A stretch of DNA of 64,000 bases from Apus apus (Eukaryota): the NCBI RefSeq assembly GCF_020740795.1, contig NC_067310.1:493940-557939 (forward strand), in the 5' to 3' direction. Positions 47,561 to 59,939 of this stretch are shown here, piece by piece (the stretch's first letter is position 1; every line of letters begins with the position of its first letter). Under the pieces are notes generated by a model that was given only the letters and a program-made list of their open reading frames with translations, was not told where the DNA came from and made no database searches. Both the position numbers and the translations under genes were made by a program.

Positions 47561-47908
47561 CCGTCCTTCCAGGAAGACTTGAGTCAGACAGTGGGACTCT
47601 TTTCAAAACTAGTCTAGTGACTGGTCCTCGTTGGTTCAGGCTTCAGTACTTCATATGGCCTTGTGTGGCATGGATGGCTATGACATCACAATGGGGCAGT
47701 AGTGCCTTAAATGGGATGTATGGCCATGACATCACAATGGGAGCAGTAGAGCCTTAAATGGGATGTATGGCCATGACATCACAATGGGTGGCCAGTTTGG
47801 GAAGCAGGGTGATGTCCACAGCCTGCAGGGAAAGAGCTGCAGGAGTCAGACACTGTAGGACATCCTGTGGTGGGGACAGCTGGGGGCACAGCCATGGCTG
47901 AGAGCCCC

Positions 47909-48525
47909 TGTGGGAAACTGTTCTTTTCTTCCCCACATCAGTCTAAACAAAATGCCTTTTCAGCCAGCGAAGGCCTCTCCTGATTATCCCCAGCTAACGG
48001 ACTAAAACAGACTTGCTTCTCAAGGACAACTGAACCCAAAACAACAGATGTGGTCCGGGACAGAAAGGATGGGTGACAAGCCATCCTGTGCCCCTGGCAG
48101 TCACCGCCCTAACGTGGGGCTCATGGACGCTCGTTGGCTCTGGACAGTGACACTGACTGGACAGGTGGGTCAGGGGGTATCAAAGGGGCGAGGGCAGCAG
48201 GTGGGCCCTTCCCTCCTCCCTGAGGCCTGTTTGGATGCTTTCTGTGTGGGACATCCCCTGCTGTGGACACTGGTGCTGGGACCCTGCCTGCCCCGGGTCC
48301 AGCCTGAGCCTCAGCGCCGAGTGTGCCGGGGTCCCGAGCCCTGGGGTCGGGGCCGGAGCCCCCTCCCCGTGTTGCTGCCGCTGGAGGGGAAACCAGCGGC
48401 CGCTGCACCCGCTGCTGAGAGGCTGCCCCTCCGACACCACGGACCTACCGTCCTGCCTGGCAAGAAGAGGCCACCGACCAACCCTGCTGCTGGGAATGGA
48501 GCCTGGGGACAGGCTGGGGGTGACA

Positions 48526-48558
<33 letters not shown>

Positions 48559-49015
48559 TCCTCTCCTCACACTCACACACACAGCGTGACCTCTCCAGCA
48601 GGACTGACGTCGGGTTTCCTTCCCTCCTCCCTTTGGTCCTTAACCCTCTCCCTCAAAAGCTCAGGACCTCTTGCATTGCCTCCCTAAAGGACACTTGCTC
48701 ACTCCATACATATTGATATCCCTGGTAGCCATTCACACCTGCATTGTCCCTAAACATCATCCCTTGGTTTCTGTTAACCCTTAATAAACCGATCAGTTTG
48801 TGGAGCAAACCTTGGCTTCAGAGGCAATTTCTGAGCGTGGTGGGGTGGGGGTCTTTCTAACTCCCCCCCTGAAATACGGCCCCGCGGTGGCTGTTCCTCC
48901 GTGAGAGGCAGCGCCGCGTGTGACCCTCGGGCTCATTCACAAACCCCTCCACATTGAGAGGAGGAGTCGCAAAAGGATCCTGACAGCCGGGAGCCCTCGG
49001 TACCGGCTTGCGACA
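47909..49015 (+). mobile_element. Full-length LTR of about 1.1 kb, followed by the 15-bp satellite.
   Basis: Runs from TGTGGGAAACTG to GCGACA. It is nearly identical to 27368-28479. Confidence 0.8.
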
Positions 49016-49445
49016 GTGATGCCCCCATTATGATGTCAAGTTATTGATGTCATACATTGGGATGTCACCCATAATGGCATCACCCATGATGACATCTATT
49101 ATGACATCACCCATTATGACATCACGCATTATGACGTCACCCGTTATGACGTCACCAAGTATGATGTCTTTTATTATGATGTCACCTCTTATAATGTCAC
49201 CCATTGTCACATCTTTCATTATGATGTCACCCAGTATGATGTAAACACTTAGGACATCCCCCATCTGTCCTCAATTATGACGGAACACATGATGAAATCA
49301 CCCATTATGACGCCACCCGTTATGATGTTATCCATGACGACATCACCAACTATGATGTCACCCATTATTATGTTACCCATTATGACACCACCAACTATGA
49401 CGTCACCCATTATGGCATCATCCATTATGACGTCACCCATTATGG
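49016..49445. repeat. 15-bp satellite array, third copy.
   Basis: Same junction and unit as at 32537. At about 49446-49500 it passes into a few units of the 14-bp satellite. Confidence 0.95.
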
Positions 49446-49516
49446 TTCCGCTGTCTATGGTTAAGGGTCTAGGATTAAGGGTCTAGGGTTAAGGGTCTAA
49501 GTTCAACTCTCTAGGG

Positions 49517-50484
49517 TGTCGCGGGCCGGTACCAAGGGCTACCGGCTGTCAGGATATTTTCGCGACTTCCCCCCGCAATGTGGAGAGGTTCATAAATGAG
49601 CCCTGAGTGTGGGATCGTTTCTTAGAGGGTAGATTAAAGTACCCCCCCCCCCACCACGCTCAGAAATTGTTACTGAGACCAATGTTTAGTTTGTAAATTA
49701 ATCAGTTTATTAAGGGATAACACACACTAAGGGATCAAGGTTCAGGAGAGGTGCAAACCAATGGAGTGAAAGGGTAGGAGTTGAGCCCTGTAAGAAGGTA
49801 AAAGTATGTGTGTGTGTGCGTGTGTGCCTGTATATTTACCTTCCTTCCTTAATTTGATCGTCCGAAGTGCTGGCAGGCTCAATTGGAGATCTGCAAGGGG
49901 GCCGGCGTCCCAGTAACCGGGGTGACCCCTTCCTGCTACTGGCGGGCAAGGCTCCGGTCCCGTGGCAAGTGGCAGACGCAGGCTGGGCTGGCTTCTTTGG
50001 TCCGATTCGGTCCGGGCCAGGCAGGCAGAGTTCCAGGGAGCGGGCACAACCCCCGCGGGGCGAGCACAGGCGGCGCCCCCCTTTCTCCGTCCCTCCGAGC
50101 GCGGGAGTGGCGTCCAAGCAGGTCCGGGTGCTGCAGCGGGGTCTGTCCAAAGCAGGCAGAGAGGGCGAGCAGAGTCCTAAAACCCCCCCACAGATTTTTC
50201 TCTTTCTTCTTTTTTTATAGACCAAAGACCATTGTTCCAAAAGATACCACTGTCTGAATTAGCCAATCACCATTGGCCATGTATATTTATGTTTTTAATC
50301 TACTGTTTTTTCTTCTGCCAGTCATCATAACCTTTATGTTGTTCCTTTGCTATGCACCTATCTTGCAGGGCAAGAGGCCTGCTCATTCTGTCCTTGAGTG
50401 AAGGCGTCACTCCTGTTTTGCTGGCTTGAAAGGCATCTTTTGTTTAGTCTTATGTGGGGTAAAGAAGATAGGGCGTTCCCCACA
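49517..50484 (-). mobile_element. Diverged LTR, about 80 percent similar to the main family, on the minus strand.
   Basis: The reverse complement aligns end to end with the canonical LTR. This includes TTAATAAAC, the G-run, (GT)n at 49803, and the 5' start ATGTGGGGAACG...GACTAAACAAAAGATGCCTTTCAAGCCAGC. Confidence 0.7.
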
Positions 50485-50486
50485 TA

Positions 50487-53400
50487 GGGTTAATGGGTTA
50501 GGGTTAAGGTTCTAGGGTCTTCTGCCTACGGTTAAGGGTCTAGGGGCCGCTGTCTAGGGTCCGCTGTGTAGGGTTAAGGGTCTAGGCTTACGGGTCTGGG
50601 GTTAAGGGTCTAGATTCCTCTGTCTATTGTTAAGGGTATAGGGTTAAGGGTATAGGCTTAAGGGTCTAGGGTTCGCTGTCTAGGGTTAAGGGTCTAGAGT
50701 CTACTGTCTAGGGTTAAGGGTCTAGGGTTAAGGATCTAGGGTTCTCTGTATAGGGTTAAGGGTCTAGGGTTAAGGGTCTAGGGTTAAGGGTCTAGTCTTA
50801 AGGGTCTAGGATCAACGGTGTAAGGTTAAGGGTCTAGGGTTATGGGTCTGGGGTCTGCTGTCTAGGGTTAAGGGTCTAGGGTCTGCTGTCTACAGATAAG
50901 GGTCTAGGGTTAAGGGTCTAGGGTTAAGGATCTAGGGTCCTCTGTATAGGGTTAAGGGTCTAGGGTTAAGGGTCTAGGGTCCTATGTCTAGGGTTAAGGG
51001 TCTAGATTTAAGGCTCTAGGGTCCGCTGTCTATGGTGAAGGTTCTAGGGTTACGGGTCTAAGGTCCGCTGTCTAGGGTTAAGGGTCTAGGGTCCGCTGTC
51101 TAGGGTTAAGATTCTAGGGTCCCCTGTCTAGGATTAAGGGTCCAGGGCACGCTGTCTAGGGCGAAAGGTCTAGGGTTAAGGGTCTAGGGTCCGCTGCCTA
51201 AGGTTATGGGTCTAGGTTTAATGGTCTAGGTTAAGGGTCTAGGGTCTGCTGTCTAGGGTCCGCTGTGTAGGTTTAAGTGTCTAGGGTTATGGGTATAGGG
51301 TTATGGGTATAGTGTCTGGTGTCTAAGGTAAAGGGTATAGGGTTAACGGTCTAGGGACTGCTGTCTACGGTTAAGGTTCTGGGGTCTGCTGTCTACGGTT
51401 AAGGGTCTAGGGTTAAGGGTCTAGGTTCCACTGTCTAGGGTTAAGGGTCTAGGGTTAAGTGTTCAGGGTTAAGGGTCTAGGGTCCTATGTCTAGGGTTAA
51501 GGGTCTAGGGTTAAGGGTCTAGGGTTAAGGGTCTAGTGATTGCTGCCTAGAATAAGCTTCTAGGGTTAAGGGTCTAGGTTTAAGGGTCTAGAGTCCGCTG
51601 TCCAGGGTTAAGGGTCTAGGTTTAAGGGTCTAGGGTACGCTGTCTAGGGTTAAGTCTAGGGTTAAGGGTCAAGGGTTAAGGGTCTAGGATCCACTGTCTA
51701 GGGTTAAAGGTCTAGGGTTGAGGGTCTAGGGTCCACTGTCTACGGTTAAGGTTCTAGGGTCTGCTGTCTACAGTTAAGGGTCTAGGATTAAGGGTCTAGG
51801 GTTAAGGGTCTAAGTTCAACTGTCTAGGGTTAAGGGTTTAGGGTTAAGGGTCTAGGGTCATCTGTCTACGTTTTAGGTTCTAGGGTCTGCTGTATACGAT
51901 TAAGGTCTAGGGTTAAGGGTCTAGTGTTAAGGATCTAGGTTCCGCTGTCTAGGGTTAAGGGTCTAGGGTCCCCTGTCTAGGATTAAGGGTCTAGGGCATG
52001 CTGTCTAGGGTGAAAGGTCTAGGCTTAAGAGTCTAGTGTCCGCTGCTTAAGGTTATGGGTCTAGGCTTAATGGTCTAGGTTAAGGGTCCGCTGTCTAGGG
52101 TCCGCTATGTAGGTTTAAGTGTCTAGGGTTCTGGGTATAGGGTTATGGGTCTAGTGTATGCTGTCTAGGGTTAAGGGTATAGGTTTAAGGGTCTAGAGTC
52201 CGCTGTCTAGGGTTAAGGGTCTAGGGTTTTGGGTCTAGGGTACGCTGTCTACGGTTAAGGGTTTAGGGTTAAGGGTCTAGGGTCCTCTGTCTAGGGTTAA
52301 GGGTTTAGGGTTAAGGGTCTAGAGTCCGCTGTCTAGGGTAAAAGGGTCTAGGGTACGCTGTCTAGGGTTAAGGGTCTATGGTTAAGGGTCTAGATTCCGC
52401 TGGCTAGGGTTAAGGGTCTAGGGTTAAGTGTCTAGGGTTAAGCGTCTAGGGTCTGCTGTGTAGGGTTAAGGGTCTAGAGTCCGCTGTCTACGGATAAGAG
52501 TCTAGGGTTAAGGGGCTAGGGTTAAGGGTCTAGGGTCCACTGCCTATGGTAAAAGGGTCTAGGGTTAACGGTATAGGGTTAACGGTCTAGCGTCCGCTGC
52601 CTATGGTAAAAGGGTCTAGGGTTAAGGGTCTAGGGTCCGCTGTGTAGTGTTAACCGTCTAGGGATAAGGGTCTAGGGGTAAGGGTCTAGGGTCCGCTGTC
52701 TACAGTTAAGGGTCTAGGGTTACGGGTCTAGGGTCTGCTGTCTAGGGTTAAGGGTCTAGGTTTAAGGCTCTAGGGTCCACTGTCTATTGTTAAGGTTCTA
52801 GGGTCTGCTGTCTACGGTTAAGGGTCTAGGGTTAAGGGTCTAGGGTTAAGGGTCTAGGGTCCGCTGTGTAGGGTTATGGGTCTAGGGTCTGCTGTCTAGG
52901 GTTAAGGGTCTAGGGTTATGGGTCTATGGTCTGCTGTCTAGGGTTAAGGGTCTAGGGTTAAGGGTCTAGGATCCGCTGTCTACGATTAAGGGTCTAGGGT
53001 CCGCTGTCTAGGTTCTGCTGTGTAGGGTTAAGGGTCTAGTGTTATGGGTATAGGGTTATGGGTCTAGGGTCTGCTGTCTACGGTTAAGGGTCTAGGGTTA
53101 AGGGTCTAGGGTTAAGGATCTAGGGTCCTCTGTCTAGGGTTAAGGGCCTAGGGTTAAGGGTCTAGGGTCCACTGTCTAGGGTTAAGCTTCTAGGGTTAAG
53201 CTTCTAGGGTTAAGGAACTAGGGTCCGCTGTCTAGGGTTTAGGGTGTAGGGTTAAGGGTCTAGGATTAAGGGTCTAGGGTCTGCTGTCTATGTTTAAGGG
53301 TCTAGGGTTATGGGTCTAGGGTCCGCTGTCTACGGTCAAGGGTCTAGGGTTAAAAGTCTACAGTCCGCTGTCTACGGTTAAGGTTCTAGAGTCTGTTTCC

Positions 53401-54174
53401 TACGGATAACGGTCTAGGGTTAAGGGTCTAGCGTTAAGGATCTAGGTTCCGCTGTCTAGGGTTTAGGGTCTAGGGTCCTCTGTCTAGGGATAATGGTCTA
53501 TGGTCTGCTGTCTAGGGTTAAGGGCGTATGGTTAAGGATCTAGGGTTAAGGATCTAGGGTCATCTGTCTAGAGTTAAGGGTATAGTGTTAATGGTCTAGG
53601 GTACGCTGTCTAGTGTTAAGGATCTAGGGTACGCTGTCTAGTGTTAAGGATCTAGGGTTATGGCTATAGGGTTATGGGTTTAGGGACGGCTGTCTAGGGT
53701 TAAGGGTCTAGGGTCCTCTGTCTAGGGTTAAGGTTCTAGGGTCTGCTGTCTAGGGTTAAGGGACTAGTGTTAAGGGACTAGTGTTAAGGGTCTAGGGTTA
53801 AGGGTCTAGGGTCCGCGATCTAAGATTAAGGGTCTAAGGTCTGCGGTGTAGGGTTAAGGGTCTATGGTCCGCAGTCTAGGGTCCGCCGTCTAGGATTAAG
53901 GTTCTAGGGTTAAGGGTCTAGGGTCTGTGGCATAGGGCCCACGGTCTAGTGTTAAGTGTCTAGGGTTAAGGGTCTAGGGTTTAGGGTCTAGGGTCTGCTG
54001 TCTAGGGTTAAGGGTCTATGTGTAAGGGTCTAGGGTTGAAGGTCTAGGTTCTGCGGTCTAGGGTTAAGGGTCTAGTGTCCGCGGTATAGGGTTAAGCATC
54101 TAGAGTTAAGGTTCCAGGGTCTGTGGTCAAGTATTAAGGGTCTAGGGTTAAGGGTCTAGGGTCCACGATCTAGG
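50487..54174. repeat. Tandem satellite with a 14-bp sub-unit. CTAGGGTTAAGGGT alternates with CTAGGGTCCGCTGT, giving 28- and 42-bp higher-order units.
   Basis: About 3.7 kb of near-perfect periodicity. It contains the telomere-like TAGGGTTAAGGG. Confidence 0.95.
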
Positions 54175-56187
54175 GTTACTCCTTGTCCTATCACTGGTCA
54201 TCACTGAAAAAAGCTTAACTCCATCTTCTTGACACTCACCCTTTACGTATTTGTAAACATTGATGAGGTCACCCCTCAGTCTCCTTTTCTCCAAACTAAA
54301 GAGACCCAGCTCCCTCAGCCTTTCCTCATAAGGCAGATGTCCCACTCCCTTCATCATCTTTGTGGCTCTGCGCTGGACTCTTTCAAGCAGTTCCCTGTCC
54401 TTCTTGAACTGAGGGGTCCAGAACTGGACACAATACTCCAGATGCGGCCTCACCAATGCAGAATAGAGGGGGAGGAGAACCTCTCTTGACCTACTAACCA
54501 CACCCTTTCTAATGCACCCCAGGATGCCATTGGCCTTCTTAGCCACAAGGGCACATTGCTGGCTCATGGTCATCCTCCTGTCTACCAGGACCCCCAGATC
54601 CCTTTCACCTACACTGCTCTCCAGCAGGTCAGCCCCCAACCTGTACTGGTGCATTTTTCTTCCCCAAATGCAAAACTCTACACTTGCCCTTGTTAAACTT
54701 CATCAGCTTTTTCCCCACCCAAGTCTCCAGCCTGTCTAAGTCTCTCTGAATGGCAGCACAGCCTTCTGGTGTGTCAGCAACTCCTCCCAGCTTGGTGTCA
54801 TCAGCAAACTTGCTGAGGGTACATTCTGTACCCTCATCCAGGTCGTTGATGAAGATGTTGAACAACACCGGTCCCAGTACCGACCCCTGAGGGACTCCAC
54901 TAGTCACAGGCCTCCAACTAGATTCTGCCCCATTGACTACAACTCTCTGACTTCTTCCTTTCAACCAGTTCTTGATCCACCTCACTGCCTGATCATCAAA
55001 CCCATACTTGATCAACTTATCTACAAGGATGCTGTGGGAGACGGTGTCAAATGCTTGACTGAAATCAAGATAGACCACATCCACCGCTCTACCATCATCT
55101 ATCCACCTAGTAATTTCCTCATAGAAGGCTATAAGGTTAGTCAAACATGACTTACCCTTGGTAAAACCATGTTGACTGCTCTTGATGACCCCCATGTCCT
55201 TGATATGCCTAGAGATAGTGCCAAGGACAAGTTGTTCCATCACCTTTCCAGGGATGGAGGTGAGGCTGACCGGTCTATAGTTACCCGGGTCCTCCTTCTT
55301 GCCCTTCTTGTAGACTGGAGTGACGTTTGCTATCCTCCAGTCCTCAGGCACCTCTCCGGTTACCCATGACTTACCGAAGATGATGGAGAGTGGACTAGCA
55401 ATGACCTCCGCCAGCTCCCTCAGCACCCTTGGATGCATTTCATCTGGACCCATCGATTTATGGATGTCCAGATTACGTACCTAATCCCTAACCCAATCCT
55501 CATCTACCTTAGTAAACTCCTCCTTTTTCTTGACTTCTACTGGGGCTATATGAAACTGGGGCTCATGGGGAAAGCCTGCAGGAGTAAAGACAGAGGCAAA
55601 GAAGGCATTCAGCACCTCTGCCTTCTTTAAATCCTCTGTCACCAGGGCACCCACCTCATTCAGCAGTGGGCCTATATTGCCTCTGGTATTAGTTTTGTTG
55701 GCTATGTATTTGAAAAAGCCCTTTCTATTGTCCTTAACCCGACTTGCAAGGTTAAGTTCCAAGGAGGCCTTAGCTTTCCTAGTTGCCTCCCTACATTCTC
55801 TGACAACAGTCCTATATTCCTCCCAAGTTACCAGCCCCTCCTTCCATGATCTATAGATTTTCCTTTTCCACTTGAGTTTGCCCAGAAGTTCCTTTTTTAA
55901 CCATGCTGGTCTCCTAGCTCCCTTACTAGATTTTCTACCCTTTGGGACACACTAATCCTGTGCTTGCAAGAAGTGGTCCTTGAATGTTGTCCAGCTATCT
56001 TGAGCCCCTTTACCTTCTAGCACTCTGTCCCATGAGACTTCCCTTAACAATTGATTGAGGAGGCCGAAGTTTGCTCTGTGGAAGTCCAGGGTTCTGGTCC
56101 TGCTGGGTATTCTGTTCCTCCCACACAGGATCCTGAACTCCACCATCTTGTGGTCACTGCAGCCAAGGCTGCCATTGACCACCACTG
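54175..56187 (-). mobile_element. CR1 LINE fragment of about 2 kb embedded in the satellite. It is truncated at both the 5' and 3' ends.
   Basis: RT ORFs at 54148-54654(-) and 54629-55453(-), with upstream ORFs to 56185. The 3' end stops at the ...ggacaaggagtaatgg position, about 250 bp short of the CR1 terminus. Satellite flanks it directly on both sides. Confidence 0.9.
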
Positions 56188-57300
56188 CTTCTAGGGTCCA
56201 CAGTCTAGGGTTAAAGATGTAGGGTTAAGTGTCTAGGGTCCACAGTCTACGAATAACAGTCTAGGGTTGAAGATCTAGGGTTGAAGATCTAGGGTTAAGG
56301 GTCTATGTTTAAGGGTCTAGGATCCGCGGTCTAGTGTTAAGTGTCTAGGGTTAAGGGTCTAGCGTTCGTAGTCTAGGGTTAAGGGACTAGGGACCGCAGT
56401 GTAGGGTCCGCGGTGTAGGGTTAAAGATATAGGGTTAAGGGTCTAGGGTCTGCGGTCTATGTTTAAGGGTCTAAGGTCCGCCGTCTAGGGTTAAGGGTCT
56501 AGGGTTAAGGGTCTGGGGATAAGGGTCTAGGGTTAAGGTTCAAGGGTCTGTGGTTTAGACTGAAGGGTTTAGTGCTAACTGTCTAGGGTCCACGGTCTAG
56601 GGTTAAGGGTCTAGGGTCCGCGGTCTATGAATAAGGGTCTAGGGTTAAGGTTCTAGGGTTACGGGTCTAGGGTTAAGGGTCTAGGGTCTGCGGTCTGGCG
56701 TTAAGGGTCTAGGGATAAGGGTCTAGCTTTAAGGGTCTAGGGTTAAGGGTCTAGGGTCTGTGGTCTAGGGTTAAGGATCTAGGGTTAAGGATCTAGGGTC
56801 TGCGGAGTAGCGTTAAGGATCTAGAGTTAAGGGTCTAGGATCCGCAGTCTAGGGTTAATGATCTAGGGTTAAGTGTCTAGCGTCCATAGTCTAGGGTAAA
56901 GGGTCTAGGGTCCGCAGTCTAGGGTCCATGGTCTAGGGTTAAGGGTCTAGGGTCTGCGGTCTATGGTTAAGAGTCTAAGGTCCGCGGTCTAGGGTTAAGG
57001 GTCTAGGGTTAAGGGTCTAGGGTCCACGGTCTCGAGTTAAGGGTCTAGGGTCCGTGGTCTAGGTTTAAGGGTCTAGTGTTAAGGTTCTATGGTCCAAGGT
57101 CTAGGGTTAAGGGTCTGGGATTCAGGCTCTTGGGTCCACGGTCTAAGATTAAGGGTCTAGGGTCTGCGGTCTTGAATTAAGGGTCTAGGGTTAAAGGTCT
57201 AGGGTCCGCGGCATAGGGTCTACGGTCTAGAGTTAAGAGTCTAGTTTTAACGTTCTAGGGTAAAAGGTCTAGTGTCCGCTGTGTAGGCTTAAGGGTCTAG
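56188..57300. repeat. The same 14-bp satellite, but with the variant sub-unit CTAGGGTCCGCGGT / TCCACGGT / TCTGCGGT replacing TCCGCTGT.
   Basis: A consistent CGCTGT to CGCGGT or CACGGT substitution. The variant already appears at about 53800-54147. Confidence 0.9.
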
Positions 57301-57900
57301 GGTTAAGCGTCTGGGGTCCGTGGTCTAGGGTTTATGACGTAGGCTTAAGGGTCTAGGGTCTGAAGTTAAGTGCCCAGGGTCAAGGGTCTACCATCTACGG
57401 TTTGGTATCTAGGATTAAGGCTCTGGGGTCCAGTGTCTAGTGTCCAGTACCTAGAGTCTAGTGTCTAGGTTATAGGCTGTAGGCTTGAAGGTCTAGACTT
57501 AAGGTTCTAGCGTCTGGAGTTCAGGGCCCAGGGTCAAGGGTCTAGCATCTAGGGTTTAGTATCTAGTATTAAGGTTCCAGTGTCTAGGGTTTAGGCTGTA
57601 GGCTTGAGGGTCTAGGGTTAAGGGTTTCGAGTCTGGAGTTAAGTGATCAGGGTCAACGGTCCAGTGTCTATGGTCCAGTGTCTAGGGTATAGTGTCTAGG
57701 GTTTAAACCGTAGCCTTAAGTGTCTAGAGTTTGGCATCTGGGGTCTGGAGTTCAGTGCCCAGGCTCAAGCCTCCAGTGTCTAGGGTTTAGTATCTAGGAT
57801 TAAGGGTCCAGTGTCTAGGGTTTATGACGTAGGGTCTAGGGTTAGTGGTCTAGGGCCTGGAGTTAAGCGCCCAGGGTCAAGAACCCTACAGCGCCCAGCC
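57300..57900. repeat. Second satellite family (GTCTAGGGTTTAGGCTGTAGGCTTAAGGGT...CTGGAGTTAAGTGCCCAGGGTCAAGG) with a higher-order period of about 85-140 bp.
   Basis: Recurrent gtttaggctgtaggcttaagg and ggagttaagtgcccagggtcaag motifs. The same family is at 59100-59470 and 60490-63820. Confidence 0.85.
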
Positions 57901-58342
57901 AAGAACCACAGGATGTGCAGCCTTGCTGAACATTTCTAAGCTCTCTTACCTCAAACATCTCTTGTTCCTTCTGTCGCTGATCATCCAGGAGCTGCCCCGT
58001 GTAGGTCAGATTCCGGAATTTTTCCAGCTAAGTGCTGTAGTGTTTCTGCAGCTGCTCCTCAATCTTCTCATACTCATCTATAAAAGCAGGACTGGAGAGA
58101 AAAAGCACAAAACTACTCAGAGAAATATTGAGCTATAGATGCAGAATTCTGAAATCAGCATGTTGGGCTTTGCAGTTGCCTTTCAATGTCTGCTCAACTA
58201 AAAGCACCTTTTGTTTTTCAGGTTCCACACTTCAGAGACTACAAGTGTCAGACAAAAAACCTCATCAAACTCTGCTGCAAAAACTCCATAGAGCAAAGGA
58301 AAACTTTCTATGTATCCACTATCATGCCTTTCCAAACAGAAT

Positions 58343-58970
58343 CCCAGAGTGCTGGGGTTGGAAGGGACCTCTAGAGATCATGCAGTCCAAACCCCTGCTA
58401 GAGCAGGATCCCCTACAGTAGGTTCCACAGGAACACGTCCAGCTGGCTTTGGAATGTCTCCAAAGAAGGAGACTCCACAACCTCTCTGGGCAGCCTGTCC
58501 CAGGCCTCTGTCACCCTCACAGGAAAGAAGTTGTTCCTCATGTTCAGTTTGACTCTCCTGAGCTCCAGCTTGTGCCCATTGTCCCTTATCCTGTCACTGG
58601 ACAGCACTGAGAAGAGTCTGGTCCCCCCCCTCCTCCCACCCCCTCTAGATATTGACCAGCACTCATGAGATCCCCACTCAGTCTCCTCCTTTCTACATGA
58701 ACAGCCCCAGCTCTCCCAGCCTTTCCTCACCAGCAGATGCTCCAGTCCCTTCAGCATCTCTGCGCACCTGGGCTGGACTCTCTCCAGTAGCTCCTTGTCC
58801 CTCCTGAACTGGGAGCCCAGAAACACACATGGTTCTCCAGATGGGGCCTCACCAGGGCAGAGGGGCAGAACAACCTCCCTGACCTGCTGGCCACACTCTT
58901 CTTCATGCCCTCAGGATGGCACTGGTCTGGAGGCCAGAAAGGCAGCCTTTTCACCTTTTTAGCAGGCAAA
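58343..58970 (-). mobile_element. CR1 LINE 3' fragment.
   Basis: The ORF at 58413-58826(-) contains [39 protein letters not shown]. It ends ...ggtcccttccaaccccagcactctggg. Confidence 0.85.
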
Positions 58971-59099
58971 TCTAAGTTTAGCAGGTGAGGTGCTGCTCAG
59001 CTGTAATCAATCATTTCATTAACAGGTCCAGAACTAACCCAGCTGAGTTTGGACTTACTGGTCTTTCCCAATTAGCCAATTGCTCTGCTGGTCCCAGTT

Positions 59100-59470
59100 T
59101 ATCAGTTTAAGGGTCTACGCTTAAGGGTCTAGATTCTGGACTTAAGCACTCAGGGTCTAGGGTCAAGAATCTAAGATCTACGATCTACGAATAAGGGCCA
59201 AGCAAGAGAGTAGGGTTAATTTTCTCGAGTAAGATGTCTAGAGTAAAAGGTCTAGGATTAAGGCTCCAGAGTCTAGGGTTTAGTATCTAGGGTTAATGGT
59301 CTAAGGTCTAGTGTCTAGGATCTAGTGTCTAGGGTTTTGGCTGTAGGCTAAGTGTCTAGAGATAGGGGTCTAGGGTCTGGCGTGAAGTGTCCAGGGTCAA
59401 GGCTCTAGGGTCTAGGGTTCAGTGTCTAGGGTTTAGGCTGTAGGCTTAAGGGTCTAGCATTACCAGTCGA
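59100..59470. repeat. Second satellite family.
   Basis: Same motifs as the array at 57300-57900. Confidence 0.8.
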
Positions 59471-59939
59471 GGGTCTGAAGAACTACGACAACATTAACCT
59501 ATTTTAAAAAACACGTGTAAGCCATGTTTACCTGGGGGCAGAAACCAGGGGAAACCAGGGTAAAGATTATCAAATTAATAAATGTAAAACACTCATAACT
59601 ATTAAAACATTGACAATTTAAGGAGGCATTTAGACTGATGACTACTGCTTTTTAGATTCTTAATACCTAAAATTTCTTGATAACAACATAAAAAAATTAG
59701 CCAGGTATTCACTAAATATTTATCCTTACCCATTAAAAAAGTTCTGTTCCTACATGAAACAAAATGGGGACAGAGCCACATGACCACGTGCCAGCCACGC
59801 TCCAACTGGAAATAAATGCAAAACAAATCGAGTTGAATGGAAAGTATTTGGAACTAGACAATCTTTAAAGTCCCTTCCCACCCAACCCATCCTATCTGGA
59901 TGAAACACCAGCTGCCGCTGCGCCGCCCAACAGCCCTGG

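Larger units (their letters stand above)
42716..47720. repeat. Segmental duplication block A'. It is inverted relative to A and carries an extra tandem duplication of about 750 bp at 43900-44810.
   Basis: Rests on the mirrored ORF pairs listed under block A. Relative to A there is an insertion between the equivalents of 44040 and 44800, and a second copy of agaagtttctaacacttgctctg...attaaccaggact. Confidence 0.85.
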
